The notes under the pieces are model-generated. The model was not told where the DNA came from. It made no database searches and saw nothing but the letters and a program-made list of their open reading frames with translations. DNA of 64,000 nt from Burkholderiales bacterium (GTDB taxonomy: Bacteria > Pseudomonadota > Gammaproteobacteria > Burkholderiales > JAEUOS01): the NCBI GenBank assembly GCA_947473125.1, contig CANJDH010000013.1, forward strand, positions 1,146 through 65,145, given 5' to 3'. Of this stretch, positions 1 to 9,041 are shown piece by piece. Made by a program: the position numbers and the translations under genes. The first letter of the stretch is position 1. Every line of letters starts with the position of its first letter.

Positions 1-482
1 ATGAAATCACCTGCTTCCTGGGGCACCTCATGCGCAATGATGCCCAGCGTGGTGATCAGGCCGAGTTTCGGGTCTGCGACGAATGCGGCCGCGATCAGGA
101 TGCCGTCGGCAAAATTGTGGATCGCATCGCCGACCAGGATGAGCAGGCCGCTTTTGCCGGCCTCGTGGGCGTCGAAGCCGTGCTCATGGCCGTGGCCGTC
201 GTGCTCGTGGTGGTGGCTGTGGCGCCACAACGCGAATTTCTCCAGCAGGAAAAACACCAGGAGGCCGCCGAGCAGCGCGGCAAACAGCGAGTGCTGGTTG
301 TTCGCGCCTTCGAACGCGTGCGGCAGCAGTTCGAGAAACGCCGCGCCGAGCAGCACCCCCGCCGAGAAGCTCACCAGCCGCTGCACGAACGTGCCGAGCA
401 CGTTGTAGGTGATCAGCGCGGCGGCGAGCACCGACAGCACGCCGCCGGCGAGTGTTGCGAAGAGGATGAAAAGCAGGGTCAC
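1..482 (-). CDS. ZIP family divalent-metal (zinc) permease; 3' part runs off the left edge
   Basis: Own minus-strand translation (not in the ORF track). GTG at 482-480, then VTLLFILFATLAGG...WRHSHHHEHDGHGHEHGFDAHEAGKSGLLILVGDAIHNFADGILIAAAF...IIAHEVPQEAGDF. The His-rich loop plus HNFxDG and HEVPQExGDF motifs are typical of ZIP/ZupT-like transporters. Confidence 0.8.
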   Translation of the reverse strand, partial: MTLLFILFATLAGGVLSVLAAALITYNVLGTFVQRLVSFSAGVLLGAAFLELLPHAFEGANNQHSLFAALLGGLLVFFLLEKFALWRHSHHHEHDGHGHEHGFDAHEAGKSGLLILVGDAIHNFADGILIAAAFVADPKLGLITTLGIIAHEVPQEAGDF

Positions 483-529
483 GGGGAAGACGAGGGCGAC
501 GGCAGGGCGCGATTACAACATACGTCGCC

Positions 530-1129
530 TCAGGGGTGCCAGAAGCCCTTGGCGGAGCGGTCGTGCGCATCCGGCGCCAGGCCCAGCGCGGCGCGGCGCG
601 TGCGGTCCCAGATCGCGAGGCGCGACCAGTCCGGCGCCTGGCTGATCTTGCCTTCGTCGGTGAGGAAAGGGTTCGGGAAAAAGATGTTCATCTGCTGTTC
701 ACCGTTGCCGTTGAACAGGCGCAAGCCCCAGGTCATTGGCGCATCATCGGGGCCGAGCAGGCGGTACAACTCGGCGCGTGAGGTGCGGCGGATGCGCGCC
801 AGCTCGGGCGAGGTCGGTGTCTTGCGCGTGCCCAAGTGCGGACCGATGCAGATATGGAAATGCCAGACGCCGAAATCGACCGTGAGGTAGCCGTCCAGCA
901 GCGAGATGCGTTTGGGCGCACCGGGGGCGCGAATCTCCCACGCGGCGCCCTGGATCAGGATGCCGAACACCAGGTCCTGCCAGGCGTTTTCGAACAGGTC
1001 GCGGCACAACGTGAACAGAGCCGCTTCGCCGGGGTCGAGCGGGAAAATCTCGACGCGGCCGTTGCCGGGCTCTTCAATGAGGGTGCCGCGCGACAGGGCT
1101 TGCGGTGCTGTGTTCACTGCTGCGTCCAT
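530..1129 (-). CDS. hypothetical protein (family not recognised)
   Basis: Track ORF 530..1192 trimmed to the internal ATG (MDAAVNTAPQ...). Coding-like composition; fills the gap between flanking genes. Confidence 0.55.
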   Translation of the reverse strand: MDAAVNTAPQALSRGTLIEEPGNGRVEIFPLDPGEAALFTLCRDLFENAWQDLVFGILIQGAAWEIRAPGAPKRISLLDGYLTVDFGVWHFHICIGPHLGTRKTPTSPELARIRRTSRAELYRLLGPDDAPMTWGLRLFNGNGEQQMNIFFPNPFLTDEGKISQAPDWSRLAIWDRTRRAALGLAPDAHDRSAKGFWHP

Positions 1130-1185
1130 GGTGACCCTTGCGCTAAACTGGTGCTCGCCAGCATACACCGCCGCGTCTCTCCAGC

Positions 1186-1839
1186 ATGCCACCCCACACC
1201 GCCAATCCGGTTTACACCCCGGGCATTTTCGAATCGCCCGACATGGGTGCGGCGATGGCGATCATCCTCACGCCCGAGCCCGGCACCAGCACCGAAGAGC
1301 GCTGGCGCATCGAGACGCCGTATCTCGCCGGCGAGATGGCCGGGCGCCTCGACCTCAATGCCAATTCACTGGTGCTCGACTACGGCTGCGGCATCGGCCG
1401 GCTCTCGAAGGTGCTGATCGAGGCCACCGGCTGCTTCGTGATCGGCGTCGACATGGCGCAGCGCATGCGCGAGCTCGCCCCGGTGTACGTGGCGTCGCCG
1501 CGCTTCATGGTGGTCTCGCCGGAAGGCTTCGACGCGTTGATCGATCGCGGCATCAAGGTCGATTTCGGCTTCGCCTCGTGGGTGCTGCAGCACTGCCTCG
1601 AGGTCGAGCGCGACATCGAACGGATCCACGCCGCGCTCGGCCCGATGGCGCGCTTTTTTATGGTCAACAACCTGCTGCGCGCCGTGCCCACCGACCGTGG
1701 CTGGGTGCACGACGGCAAGAGTGTCGAGGCGCTGCTCGCGGCGCGCTTCGATGCGCTGGACCGCTACCCGTTTCCGCCCGGGATCTCGGCGCCCGAACTC
1801 ACCGCCAACAGCGCCCTGTCGTGGTGGCGCCGCAAATAG
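1186..1839 (+). CDS. class I SAM-dependent methyltransferase
   Basis: Motif I VLDYGCGIGRL and the following acidic-loop pattern. Start could instead be the downstream MGAAMAIIL. Confidence 0.7.
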   Translation: MPPHTANPVYTPGIFESPDMGAAMAIILTPEPGTSTEERWRIETPYLAGEMAGRLDLNANSLVLDYGCGIGRLSKVLIEATGCFVIGVDMAQRMRELAPVYVASPRFMVVSPEGFDALIDRGIKVDFGFASWVLQHCLEVERDIERIHAALGPMARFFMVNNLLRAVPTDRGWVHDGKSVEALLAARFDALDRYPFPPGISAPELTANSALSWWRRK

Positions 1840-1857
1840 GGCAATGCCTGCAACCCC

Positions 1858-2463
1858 ATGGCCGTCAAACCCCCGTCGTCGATTGAAGAACTGATCGAAT
1901 CCCTGCGCGTGCTGCCGGGGGTCGGCCCGAAGTCGGCGCAGCGCATGGCCTACCACCTGCTGCAGCACGACAAGCCGGGTGCGCTGCGCCTGGCCAGCTC
2001 CTTGCGCCTCGCCACCGAGGTGGTGCGCCGCTGCATCCGTTGCAACAGCTTCACCGAAGATGAACTGTGCAATACCTGCGCCTCACCGAAGCGCGACCCG
2101 TCGCTGCTGTGCGTGGTCGAAACCCCGGCCGACCTGGTGATGATGGAACAGACCATGGCGTTCCACGGCCTCTACTTCGTGCTGATGGGGCGGATCTCGC
2201 CGCTCGACGGCATCGGCCCCAAGGAAGTCGGCATCGACAAGCTGATCACGCGCGCACTAGATGGCGTGGTCAAGGAAGTGATTCTCGCCACCAACTTCAC
2301 CCATGAGGGCGAGGCCACGGCGCATTACATTTACGAAGCGCTCAAGGCGCACGGCCTCAAGGTGACGCGCCTGGCACGTGGCGTGCCGCTCGGCGGCGAG
2401 CTTGAATACGTTGACCCGGGTACCATCGCCCAGGCGCTGGTGGACCGGCGCAGCGCATCCTGA
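1858..2463 (+). CDS. recR: recombination protein RecR
   Basis: [17 protein letters not shown] helix-hairpin-helix, C4 zinc finger CxxC...CxxC, Toprim segment [18 protein letters not shown]; 201 aa. Confidence 0.95.
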   Translation: MAVKPPSSIEELIESLRVLPGVGPKSAQRMAYHLLQHDKPGALRLASSLRLATEVVRRCIRCNSFTEDELCNTCASPKRDPSLLCVVETPADLVMMEQTMAFHGLYFVLMGRISPLDGIGPKEVGIDKLITRALDGVVKEVILATNFTHEGEATAHYIYEALKAHGLKVTRLARGVPLGGELEYVDPGTIAQALVDRRSAS

Positions 2464-2475
2464 CACCTGATTTGG

Positions 2476-3681
2476 TTGAATAACATGGCAGGCAATGAAA
2501 AAGCAGGTCCCCAATTAAACGCATCCGCGGCCTCTGGCCCGCTCCGGGGCATCAAGGTGCTCGAACTCGGGCAGCTCATCGCCGGCCCGTTTGCCGGCAA
2601 GTTCTTCGCCGACTTCGGCGCCGAGGTGATCAAGGTCGAACCGCCTGCCGACGACAAGGGCCCGGGCGGCGACCCGATCCGCTACTGGCGCGTGCTGCAC
2701 GACGGCACCTCGCTCTGGTGGCATGTGCAATCGCGTGGCAAGAAATCGGTCACGCTCAACCTGCGCTCGCCCGAGGGCCAGGCGGCGGCGAAGCGGCTCG
2801 CACTCGAGGCCGACATCGTGATCGAAAATTTCCGTCCCGGCACGCTGGAGAAATGGGGCTTGGGTTACGAGGTGCTGTCGAAAGACAACCCGGGCCTGTT
2901 GATGCTGCGCATTTCCGGCTTCGGCCAGAGCGGTCCGATGCGCGAAGTGGCGGGTTTCGGCGCAATTGCCGAGTCGATGGGCGGCATGCGCTACGTGAGC
3001 GGCTTTCCGGATCGGCCGCCGGTGCGCATGAACCTCTCGATCGGCGACGCGATTGCATCGTTGCACGGCGTAATCGGCGTGTTGATGGCACTGCACCACC
3101 GCAACCAGACGGGTGAGGGCCAGGTGATCGACGTCGCGCTGTACGAGTCGGTGTTCAACCTGATGGAATCGACCCTGCCCGAATACAGCTACAACGGCAC
3201 AGTGCGCGAGCGCACCGGCACCAACCTCACCGGCATCGTGCCCTCCAACACCTATACGTCGAAAGACTGGGTGCACATCGCCATCGGCGGCAACGGCGAT
3301 TCGATCTTCAAGCGCCTCGCACAGACCATGGGGCGCGATGACTGGGCCAACGACCCGGTGCTCGGCAACAACGCCGGCCGCGCCACGCGTGCGCAGGAGA
3401 TCGACGACGGCATCCAGGCCTGGTGCTCGGCGCACGACGCAGCGTTTCTGCTCGATGCTCTCGCCGAAGCTCAGGTGCCGAGCAGCAAGATCTTCTCGAT
3501 CAAGGACATCGTCGAAGACCCGCAATACCAGGCGCGCGGCATGATCGAAACCATCACGCTCGACGACGGCACCGAACTGAAGGTGCCGGGCGTGGTGCCG
3601 AAACTGTCGAAAACGCCCGGGTGCGTGCCGGGGCGCGGGCCGACGCTGGGCGAGCACAATGGCGAGATCCTGAAAGGGTAA
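2476..3681 (+). CDS. family III CoA-transferase (CaiB/BaiF type)
   Basis: N-terminal GIKVLELGQLIAGPFAGKFFADFGAEVIKVEPP signature; length 401 aa. Confidence 0.9.
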   Translation: MNNMAGNEKAGPQLNASAASGPLRGIKVLELGQLIAGPFAGKFFADFGAEVIKVEPPADDKGPGGDPIRYWRVLHDGTSLWWHVQSRGKKSVTLNLRSPEGQAAAKRLALEADIVIENFRPGTLEKWGLGYEVLSKDNPGLLMLRISGFGQSGPMREVAGFGAIAESMGGMRYVSGFPDRPPVRMNLSIGDAIASLHGVIGVLMALHHRNQTGEGQVIDVALYESVFNLMESTLPEYSYNGTVRERTGTNLTGIVPSNTYTSKDWVHIAIGGNGDSIFKRLAQTMGRDDWANDPVLGNNAGRATRAQEIDDGIQAWCSAHDAAFLLDALAEAQVPSSKIFSIKDIVEDPQYQARGMIETITLDDGTELKVPGVVPKLSKTPGCVPGRGPTLGEHNGEILKG

Positions 3682-3944
3682 ATGGCCGGAGAGGCGCTCC
3701 AGGAGCGGCTCCGCGCAGCATGGTGCGGATAAATTCAATTCGCCGTGATGCCGACCCGCCGGATCACGCTGGTCCATTGGTCGAATTCAGCCTTGACACA
3801 GGCTCTGGTTTGCTCTGGACCGCTTGATGCCGGTCAAGTTGCCACAAATATCACCTATTTTGGGGATGCGCAAATCCCGGTCACCGTCTATCTTAGGTGG
3901 AATCGGTTCGGGAGAGGGGCCGGCACAGTGCAGGCAGTGGGTCC

Positions 3945-4508
3945 ATGCGCAAGTACAAGGGCAGGTTATGGGTGGTGTGCCTGCTCTACGGGGCGGCAGG
4001 GGCCTGTCTCGCCTTGGCACTGCCGGAAAATGCCGACGCCTGGCCGGCGTATTTTGCGCAATTCGTTGAATTGGCCACCCGCCTGTTTCCGTCGATCGCG
4101 AAGTTCGCGCACTTGTCAGCGTTTCCCGCAGTAACCCGGGCTTATTTCGCGGCGATGCTCACGGCCGGCCCGGTTGTCATGCTCGTCGGAATCGTGCGGT
4201 TTCCGTTTGGCGCCTACCGGGTGGTTTGCGCCAGGCAGCGCGATGGCATCTCGCTGCAATTGATCGCGGGGGTGGTCATCAGCATCCTGGCTACCTGTCT
4301 GCTGTATGTGTTTCCCGGGGCGCCGTCCGCGTTGGTCGCGATGGACGAGACGGCGCCTTCGCTGCTGGCGCTGGTGAGCACCCATCGGCTGGGCCTCGGT
4401 GTGATGGGCGGCGCGTGGATCGGCCTCACCGTGTTCATCGCCTCTCTGGCAGTGCCGATTTCGATTGCGGCACGAAACCCTAGTGGGCGCTTGACTGCTT
4501 CTTGCTGA
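3945..4508 (+). CDS. hypothetical integral membrane protein
   Basis: Track ORF 3897..4508 trimmed to MRKYKG. Several hydrophobic spans (WVVCLLYGAAGACLALAL, GPVVMLVGIV, IAGVVISILATCLLYVF, GGAWIGLTVFIASLAVPI). Preceded by a lower-GC non-coding stretch. Confidence 0.5.
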   Translation: MRKYKGRLWVVCLLYGAAGACLALALPENADAWPAYFAQFVELATRLFPSIAKFAHLSAFPAVTRAYFAAMLTAGPVVMLVGIVRFPFGAYRVVCARQRDGISLQLIAGVVISILATCLLYVFPGAPSALVAMDETAPSLLALVSTHRLGLGVMGGAWIGLTVFIASLAVPISIAARNPSGRLTASC

Positions 4509-5670
4509 GGTAGCGGATCGCCGACTCCAGGCCCTGGATCGTCAGCGGGTGCATGCGATTGCCCATGATTTGCTGGATCACTGAAATCGACTGACGGTAC
4601 TGCCAAACGCCCTGCGGCTCGGGGTTGAGCCACACCGAACTTTTGAAGTGTTCAAGGAAGCGTTGAATCCATACGGCGCCGGCCTCGTCGTTGTTGTATT
4701 CAACGCTTCCGCCCGGCTGCAGGATCTCGTAGGGGCTCATGGTCGCGTCGCCGACGAAGATCAGCTTGTAGTCGCGGTTGTACTTGCGGATGATGTCCCA
4801 GGTGGAAAAGCGCTCGGTGTGGCGGCGCCGGTTGTTCTTCCACAAAAAGTCGTAGACGCAGTTGTGGAAGTAGTAGTACTCGATATGCTTGAACTCGCTC
4901 TTGGCGGCCGAGAACAACTCCTCGGCCTGCTTGATGTGGTCGTCCATGGTGCCGCCGACGTCCATCAGCATCAGCACCTTCACGGTGTTCTTGCGCTCCG
5001 GCACCATCTTGATGTCGAGCCAGCCGGCGTTCTTGGCTGTGCTGTCGATGGTGTCGGGCATGTCGAGTTCTTCGGCCGCGCCTTCGCGGGCGAACTTGCG
5101 CAGCTTTCTCAAAGCCATTTTGATGTTTCTGATGCCGAGCTCGACCGAGTCGTCGTAATCCTTGTAGGCGCGCTGGTCCCAAACCTTGACGGCGCTGCGA
5201 TTGCGGCTTCCCGCTTGGCCGATGCGGATGCCGGCCGGGTTGGCGCCGTAGGCGCCGAACGGCGAGGTGCCGCCGGTGCCGATCCACTTGCTGCCGCCTT
5301 CGTGGCGTTCCTTCTGTTCCTCGAGGCGCTTCTTGAGCGTTTCCATGAGCTCATCCCAGCTCATGGCCTTGAGTTTGGCGAGGTCCTCGGGAGACAGGTT
5401 CTTTTCGAGCGCCTTGCGCAGCCATTCTTCAGGAATGTTCGGGTTGAGCTCGGTCAGTGCTTCGATGCCGCGAAAATATTCGCCGAACACCTTGTCGTAT
5501 TTGTCGTACTTGGTTTCGTCCTTGATCAGGCACATACGCGACAAATAGTAGAACTCGTCGACCGAAGGGCCGATCACACGCGATTTCATGGCTTCGAGCA
5601 GGACCAGGAATTCCTTGGTTGATACCGGCAGACCGGCGTTCTTGCACTTGAGGAAAAAGTCGATGAGCAT
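4480..5670 (-). CDS. VWA domain protein (CoxE-like partner of a MoxR ATPase)
   Basis: Track ORF 4480..6021 trimmed to MLIDFFLKCKNAGLPVS. C-terminal VWA segment VLMLMDVGGTMDD (MIDAS-like DxGxT). Typical pairing with the upstream MoxR gene. Confidence 0.85.
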   Translation of the reverse strand: MLIDFFLKCKNAGLPVSTKEFLVLLEAMKSRVIGPSVDEFYYLSRMCLIKDETKYDKYDKVFGEYFRGIEALTELNPNIPEEWLRKALEKNLSPEDLAKLKAMSWDELMETLKKRLEEQKERHEGGSKWIGTGGTSPFGAYGANPAGIRIGQAGSRNRSAVKVWDQRAYKDYDDSVELGIRNIKMALRKLRKFAREGAAEELDMPDTIDSTAKNAGWLDIKMVPERKNTVKVLMLMDVGGTMDDHIKQAEELFSAAKSEFKHIEYYYFHNCVYDFLWKNNRRRHTERFSTWDIIRKYNRDYKLIFVGDATMSPYEILQPGGSVEYNNDEAGAVWIQRFLEHFKSSVWLNPEPQGVWQYRQSISVIQQIMGNRMHPLTIQGLESAIRYLSKKQSSAH

Positions 5671-5689
5671 GGCGAATTCCTTGTTCAGC

Positions 5690-6295
5690 CTAGGCGCGCG
5701 GACGCGCCAGCTGGTATTGCAGGTGTTGCTTGACTGCCGGCCATTCGGCGGCAATGATGCTGTAGACGCAGGTGTCGCGCAGGCTGCCGTCGGCATGGCG
5801 CTGGTGGCTGCGCAAAATGCCGTCCTGTTTGGCGCCGAGGCGCAGGATCGCAGCGCGGCTTTGCTGGTTGAAGAAGCTGGTGCGAAACTCGACTGCGATG
5901 CAGTCCAGCGATTCGAACGCGTGGGCCAGCAACAGCAGCTTGCATTCTGTGTTGAGAGGTCCGCGCTGCGCCGACTTCGCATACCAGGTTGAACCGATCT
6001 CGACGCGCTGTTGCGCCGCATCGATGTTCATGTAGGTCGTCATGCCGACGACTTTGCCCGCATGTCCCTCATGGGCAGCGCGCACCGTGAACGGCAGCAT
6101 CGACGTTTTCGCCAGCAGGCCCAGGCGGCGCTCGATCTCGGCGCGCATGCCTTGCGGTGTCGGGATGGTGGTGTACCAGAGTTTCCACAACTCGCCGTCA
6201 CGCACCGCCTCGACCAGCGCATCGTGATGCGATGCGTCGAGCGGTTCGAGCACGGCGTGCGTGCCGCGCAGCGTGGCCGGCGCGATCCAGCCCAC
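5690..6295 (-). CDS. GNAT family N-acetyltransferase (RimJ/RimL-like)
   Basis: GTG start 3 nt after the MoxR stop. Pattern VEIGSTWYAKSAQRGPLNTECKLLLLAHAFESL...VEFRTSFFNQQSRAAILRLGAKQDGILR is typical of this GNAT subgroup. Confidence 0.8.
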   Translation of the reverse strand: MGWIAPATLRGTHAVLEPLDASHHDALVEAVRDGELWKLWYTTIPTPQGMRAEIERRLGLLAKTSMLPFTVRAAHEGHAGKVVGMTTYMNIDAAQQRVEIGSTWYAKSAQRGPLNTECKLLLLAHAFESLDCIAVEFRTSFFNQQSRAAILRLGAKQDGILRSHQRHADGSLRDTCVYSIIAAEWPAVKQHLQYQLARPRA

Positions 6296-6298
6296 GGC

Positions 6299-7141
6299 CT
6301 AGCGCCCGGCGCGGGCCATGAACACCAGTCGCTCGAACAACTGCACGTCCTGCTCGTTCTTGAGCAGCGCGCCGGCGAGCGGCGGCACCACGGTCTTGTT
6401 GTCCTTCGACTTAAGCACCTCGGCGGGAATGTCTTCGGCGAGCAGCAGTTTGAGCCAGTCGAGCAGTTCCGAAGTGGACGGTTTTTTCTTCAGGCCCGGC
6501 AGGTCGCGCATCTGGAAGAACACTTCCAGCGCTTCCTTGAGCAGCTCTTTTTTGAGACCTGGAAAGTGCACGTCGACGATCTTTTGCATCGTGTCCTTGT
6601 CGGGGAACTTGATGTAATGGAAAAAGCAGCGGCGCAGGAACGCGTCGGGCAGCTCCTTTTCGTTGTTCGAGGTGATCATCACCAGCGGACGGATCTTCGC
6701 CTTGATGTGCTCGCGGGTTTCGTAGACATAGAACTCCATGCGGTCGAGCTCACGCAGCAGGTCGTTGGGGAACTCGATGTCGGCCTTGTCGATCTCGTCG
6801 ATCAGCAGCACCACCTGTTGTTCCGCGGTGAACGCCTGCCACAGCACGCCCTTGATGATGTAGTTTTCGATACTTTTGACCTTGGCGTCGCCGAGCTGCG
6901 AATCGCGTAGGCGCGACACCGCGTCGTATTCGTACAGTCCCTGCTGCGCCTTGGTGGTCGACTTGATGTGCCACTGCAGCAGCGGCATGTCGAGGGCGGC
7001 GGCAACCTCCTCGGCGAGCATGGTCTTGCCGGTGCCGGGCTCGCCCTTGATCAGCAGCGGCCGTTGCAGGGTGACGGCGGCGTTGACCGCGAGGCGGAGG
7101 TCGTCGGTGGCGACGTAGTTTTTCGAGCCTTCGAAGCGCAT
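6299..7141 (-). CDS. MoxR-like AAA+ ATPase
   Basis: Track ORF trimmed to MRFEGSKNYVATDDL. Walker A GEPGTGKT, Walker B VLLIDEIDKA, and the MoxR-type N-terminus. Confidence 0.9.
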   Translation of the reverse strand: MRFEGSKNYVATDDLRLAVNAAVTLQRPLLIKGEPGTGKTMLAEEVAAALDMPLLQWHIKSTTKAQQGLYEYDAVSRLRDSQLGDAKVKSIENYIIKGVLWQAFTAEQQVVLLIDEIDKADIEFPNDLLRELDRMEFYVYETREHIKAKIRPLVMITSNNEKELPDAFLRRCFFHYIKFPDKDTMQKIVDVHFPGLKKELLKEALEVFFQMRDLPGLKKKPSTSELLDWLKLLLAEDIPAEVLKSKDNKTVVPPLAGALLKNEQDVQLFERLVFMARAGR

Positions 7142-7307
7142 GGGAGGGGTCAAATGAAATTGGATTATTGAAAAAGCATTATAGGCGATGCCTGTTGCTG
7201 CCCACTTGCGGTCGGCACAAAAGCGGCATAACCATGCTGGCATGCGAGCTTATGCTTTATAATTCGCCGGTTCAAAAAGCTCCATTTCCTTCTCTTCCAA
7301 ACTCACC

Positions 7308-7646
7308 ATGAAAAACGCACTTCTGCTGGCATCGTTAGCACTCACGGCGGGTCTCTCGGCGCCTGCTGCCTTGGGGCAGACCGCGGGCATGGCCACTACG
7401 CATACCGGCGGCAAGGCCGCCATGTGCATCGGCTGCCACGGCATTCCCGGTTACAAGATGGCTTACCCCCACGTCTACCACGTGCCGATGATCGTTGGCC
7501 AGAACGCCAAGTTCATTGAAGTTGCGTTGAACGCGTACAAATCGGGCGAGCGCAAGCATCCGACCATGGCGGCGATCGCCGGTACGCTATCGGACAAGGA
7601 CATTGCCGAGCTTGCGGCGTACTACGGAAAAGGAGCGGCCAAATGA
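7308..7646 (+). CDS. class I c-type cytochrome (mono-haem, signal peptide)
   Basis: Signal peptide MKNALLLASLALTAGLSAPAALG, haem motif CIGCHG, distal Met region HPTMAA. Confidence 0.85.
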   Translation: MKNALLLASLALTAGLSAPAALGQTAGMATTHTGGKAAMCIGCHGIPGYKMAYPHVYHVPMIVGQNAKFIEVALNAYKSGERKHPTMAAIAGTLSDKDIAELAAYYGKGAAK

Positions 7647-8002
7647 AGCAGCGCTTGATGTTTGCCGCCATAGTGGCGACCCTGATGGTGCTGGCTGCGC
7701 CGGCGCAGGCTGCAGGCAACGCGGAGCGCGGCCAGCAAAAGGCCAGCCAGGTCTGCGCAACCTGCCATGCCGTGAACGGCGACTGGAACAAGACCCTGCA
7801 GCCCGAATATCCCAAGCTTGCCGGCCAGCATTACGACTATCTGGTGACTGCCCTCAACGCCTACAAGCAGGGTGACAAATCGGTGATCGGCCGCAAGAAC
7901 GCCATCATGGCGCCGATGGCAGCCGGCTTGTCAAAGCAGGACATTGAAGACGTCGCGGCTTATCTCTCGAAGCTGCCGGGCGAGCTACAGATCCGTCGCT
8001 AG
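7643..8002 (+). CDS. class I c-type cytochrome (mono-haem, signal peptide)
   Basis: ATGA overlap with the upstream cytochrome gene. Signal peptide, CATCHA haem motif, NAIMAPMA distal Met region. Together the two genes resemble a split cytochrome c4. Confidence 0.85.
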   Translation: MKQRLMFAAIVATLMVLAAPAQAAGNAERGQQKASQVCATCHAVNGDWNKTLQPEYPKLAGQHYDYLVTALNAYKQGDKSVIGRKNAIMAPMAAGLSKQDIEDVAAYLSKLPGELQIRR

Positions 8003-8028
8003 GCTTCGTCGCCGTACCGCGATTGTCA

Positions 8029-8059
8029 GGGGCCGGCGCAAGCCGGCCTTGTTGTTTTG
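8029..8059 (+). terminator. rho-independent terminator after the cytochrome c pair
   Basis: ggccggc-gcaa-gccggcc stem-loop followed by ttgttgttttg. Confidence 0.6.
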
Positions 8060-8123
8060 TGGCTGCGTGTGGCCGCTTTTGGCGCAACCGCAGCGCTCGC
8101 GGGCGTGGATGCCGGGCGCGCGC

Positions 8124-9035
8124 TCAGCCGCGCGGCGGATTCGATTTGGCGAGCGCATTGCGGATTTCGCTTATCGCCTTTTCGATATCATCATCCGACA
8201 GATCTGCGCCCTGTGCGGCAGGGTTGCTCGCATCCATCTGCGAATTGAATTCGCCGGGCGGCAGTGTAAGCGTCGAGATGCCCTCTGCCGCGCTCTCATC
8301 CTCATTCCAGGTCATGGCAAGCGCCGTGACGTTGTCGGCGTCCTTGCCTGCGCGTTGTTCAGCCTGGCTCATGATGGCGGGGACCGCCTTTGCCAGCGGT
8401 TCGTTCATGAAGGCGCTGGCCAGCTGGCGCGGCGGCAGCGGCCCCCACAGGCCGTCGCTGCACAGCAGCAGCGTATCGCCGGTCTTGAGCGCGTGCTTGG
8501 CCGATAGCTCGATGCGCGGCGGGATGTGCGCGCCCAGGCAATTGAAAATCTTGTTGCGGTCGGGGTGCGACGAGACCGCCTCTTCGCGAACGATGCCTTT
8601 TTGCACCAGTTGTTGTACGTGGGAGTGGTCCAGCGTCTTGCTCACCACCTGGCCGTCGCGCAGCAGGTAGACGCGCGAATCGCCCACATGGACCCAGCAG
8701 GCGGCGCCTTTCTGGATGATCGCCGCCACCACGGTGGTGCGCGGGGATTCGAGCATGCCGTGCTTTTCGGCATGCCCGAGGATCGCCTGGTGCGCGCCGT
8801 TCACCGCATCGCTGAGGAAACTGAGGGGGCTCGCGAGGGCCGGTTTGGCTTCCTGCTGGAACTTGCGACCCATGTAATCGACGGTGATCTGCGCGGCCAC
8901 TTCGCCGTTCAAATGTCCGCCCATGCCGTCGGCCACGATCATGAACAGGGCCTCGCGCGAAAACACGTATCCGACGCGATCCTGGTTGTACTTGCGGCCA
9001 CCGGTGCGGCTCTCCTGGAAGATCGAGAATTTCAT
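8124..9035 (-). CDS. PP2C-family Ser/Thr protein phosphatase
   Basis: NQDRVGY...MIVADGMGGH...LLLCSDGLWG motifs. Start set to the ATG (MKFSIF) with GAGG 8 nt upstream, 6 nt after the kinase stop. Confidence 0.9.
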   Translation of the reverse strand: MKFSIFQESRTGGRKYNQDRVGYVFSREALFMIVADGMGGHLNGEVAAQITVDYMGRKFQQEAKPALASPLSFLSDAVNGAHQAILGHAEKHGMLESPRTTVVAAIIQKGAACWVHVGDSRVYLLRDGQVVSKTLDHSHVQQLVQKGIVREEAVSSHPDRNKIFNCLGAHIPPRIELSAKHALKTGDTLLLCSDGLWGPLPPRQLASAFMNEPLAKAVPAIMSQAEQRAGKDADNVTALAMTWNEDESAAEGISTLTLPPGEFNSQMDASNPAAQGADLSDDDIEKAISEIRNALAKSNPPRG

Positions 9036-9041
9036 GACCAC

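Noticed and set aside
2515-3777. Long antisense ORFs opposite real genes. Examples: 2515..3777(-), 12821..14146(-), 17382..18674(+), 23937..25109(-), 37494..39212(+), 55456..56577(-), 57315..58562(-), 50027..51343(+).
   Set aside because: Their translations are Arg/Ala/Gly/His-rich with no recognisable motifs, as expected for shadow frames in GC-rich DNA. In every case the opposite strand encodes a protein with clear family signatures.
4480-6021. Maximal track ORFs with long N-terminal extensions. Examples: 4480..6021, 6299..7243, 41401..42153, 42900..44711, 49904..51334, 20245..20850, 29396..29866.
   Set aside because: The extensions are Arg/Cys/Ser-rich, overlap neighbouring genes or promoters, and precede internal Met codons that reproduce the canonical family N-termini. 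The coordinates were trimmed accordingly.
7308-8002. Two adjacent mono-haem cytochrome c genes as something unusual.
   Set aside because: A split-c4 or tandem class I cytochrome arrangement with ATGA coupling is common in Betaproteobacteria. Nothing atypical is seen in the haem motifs.
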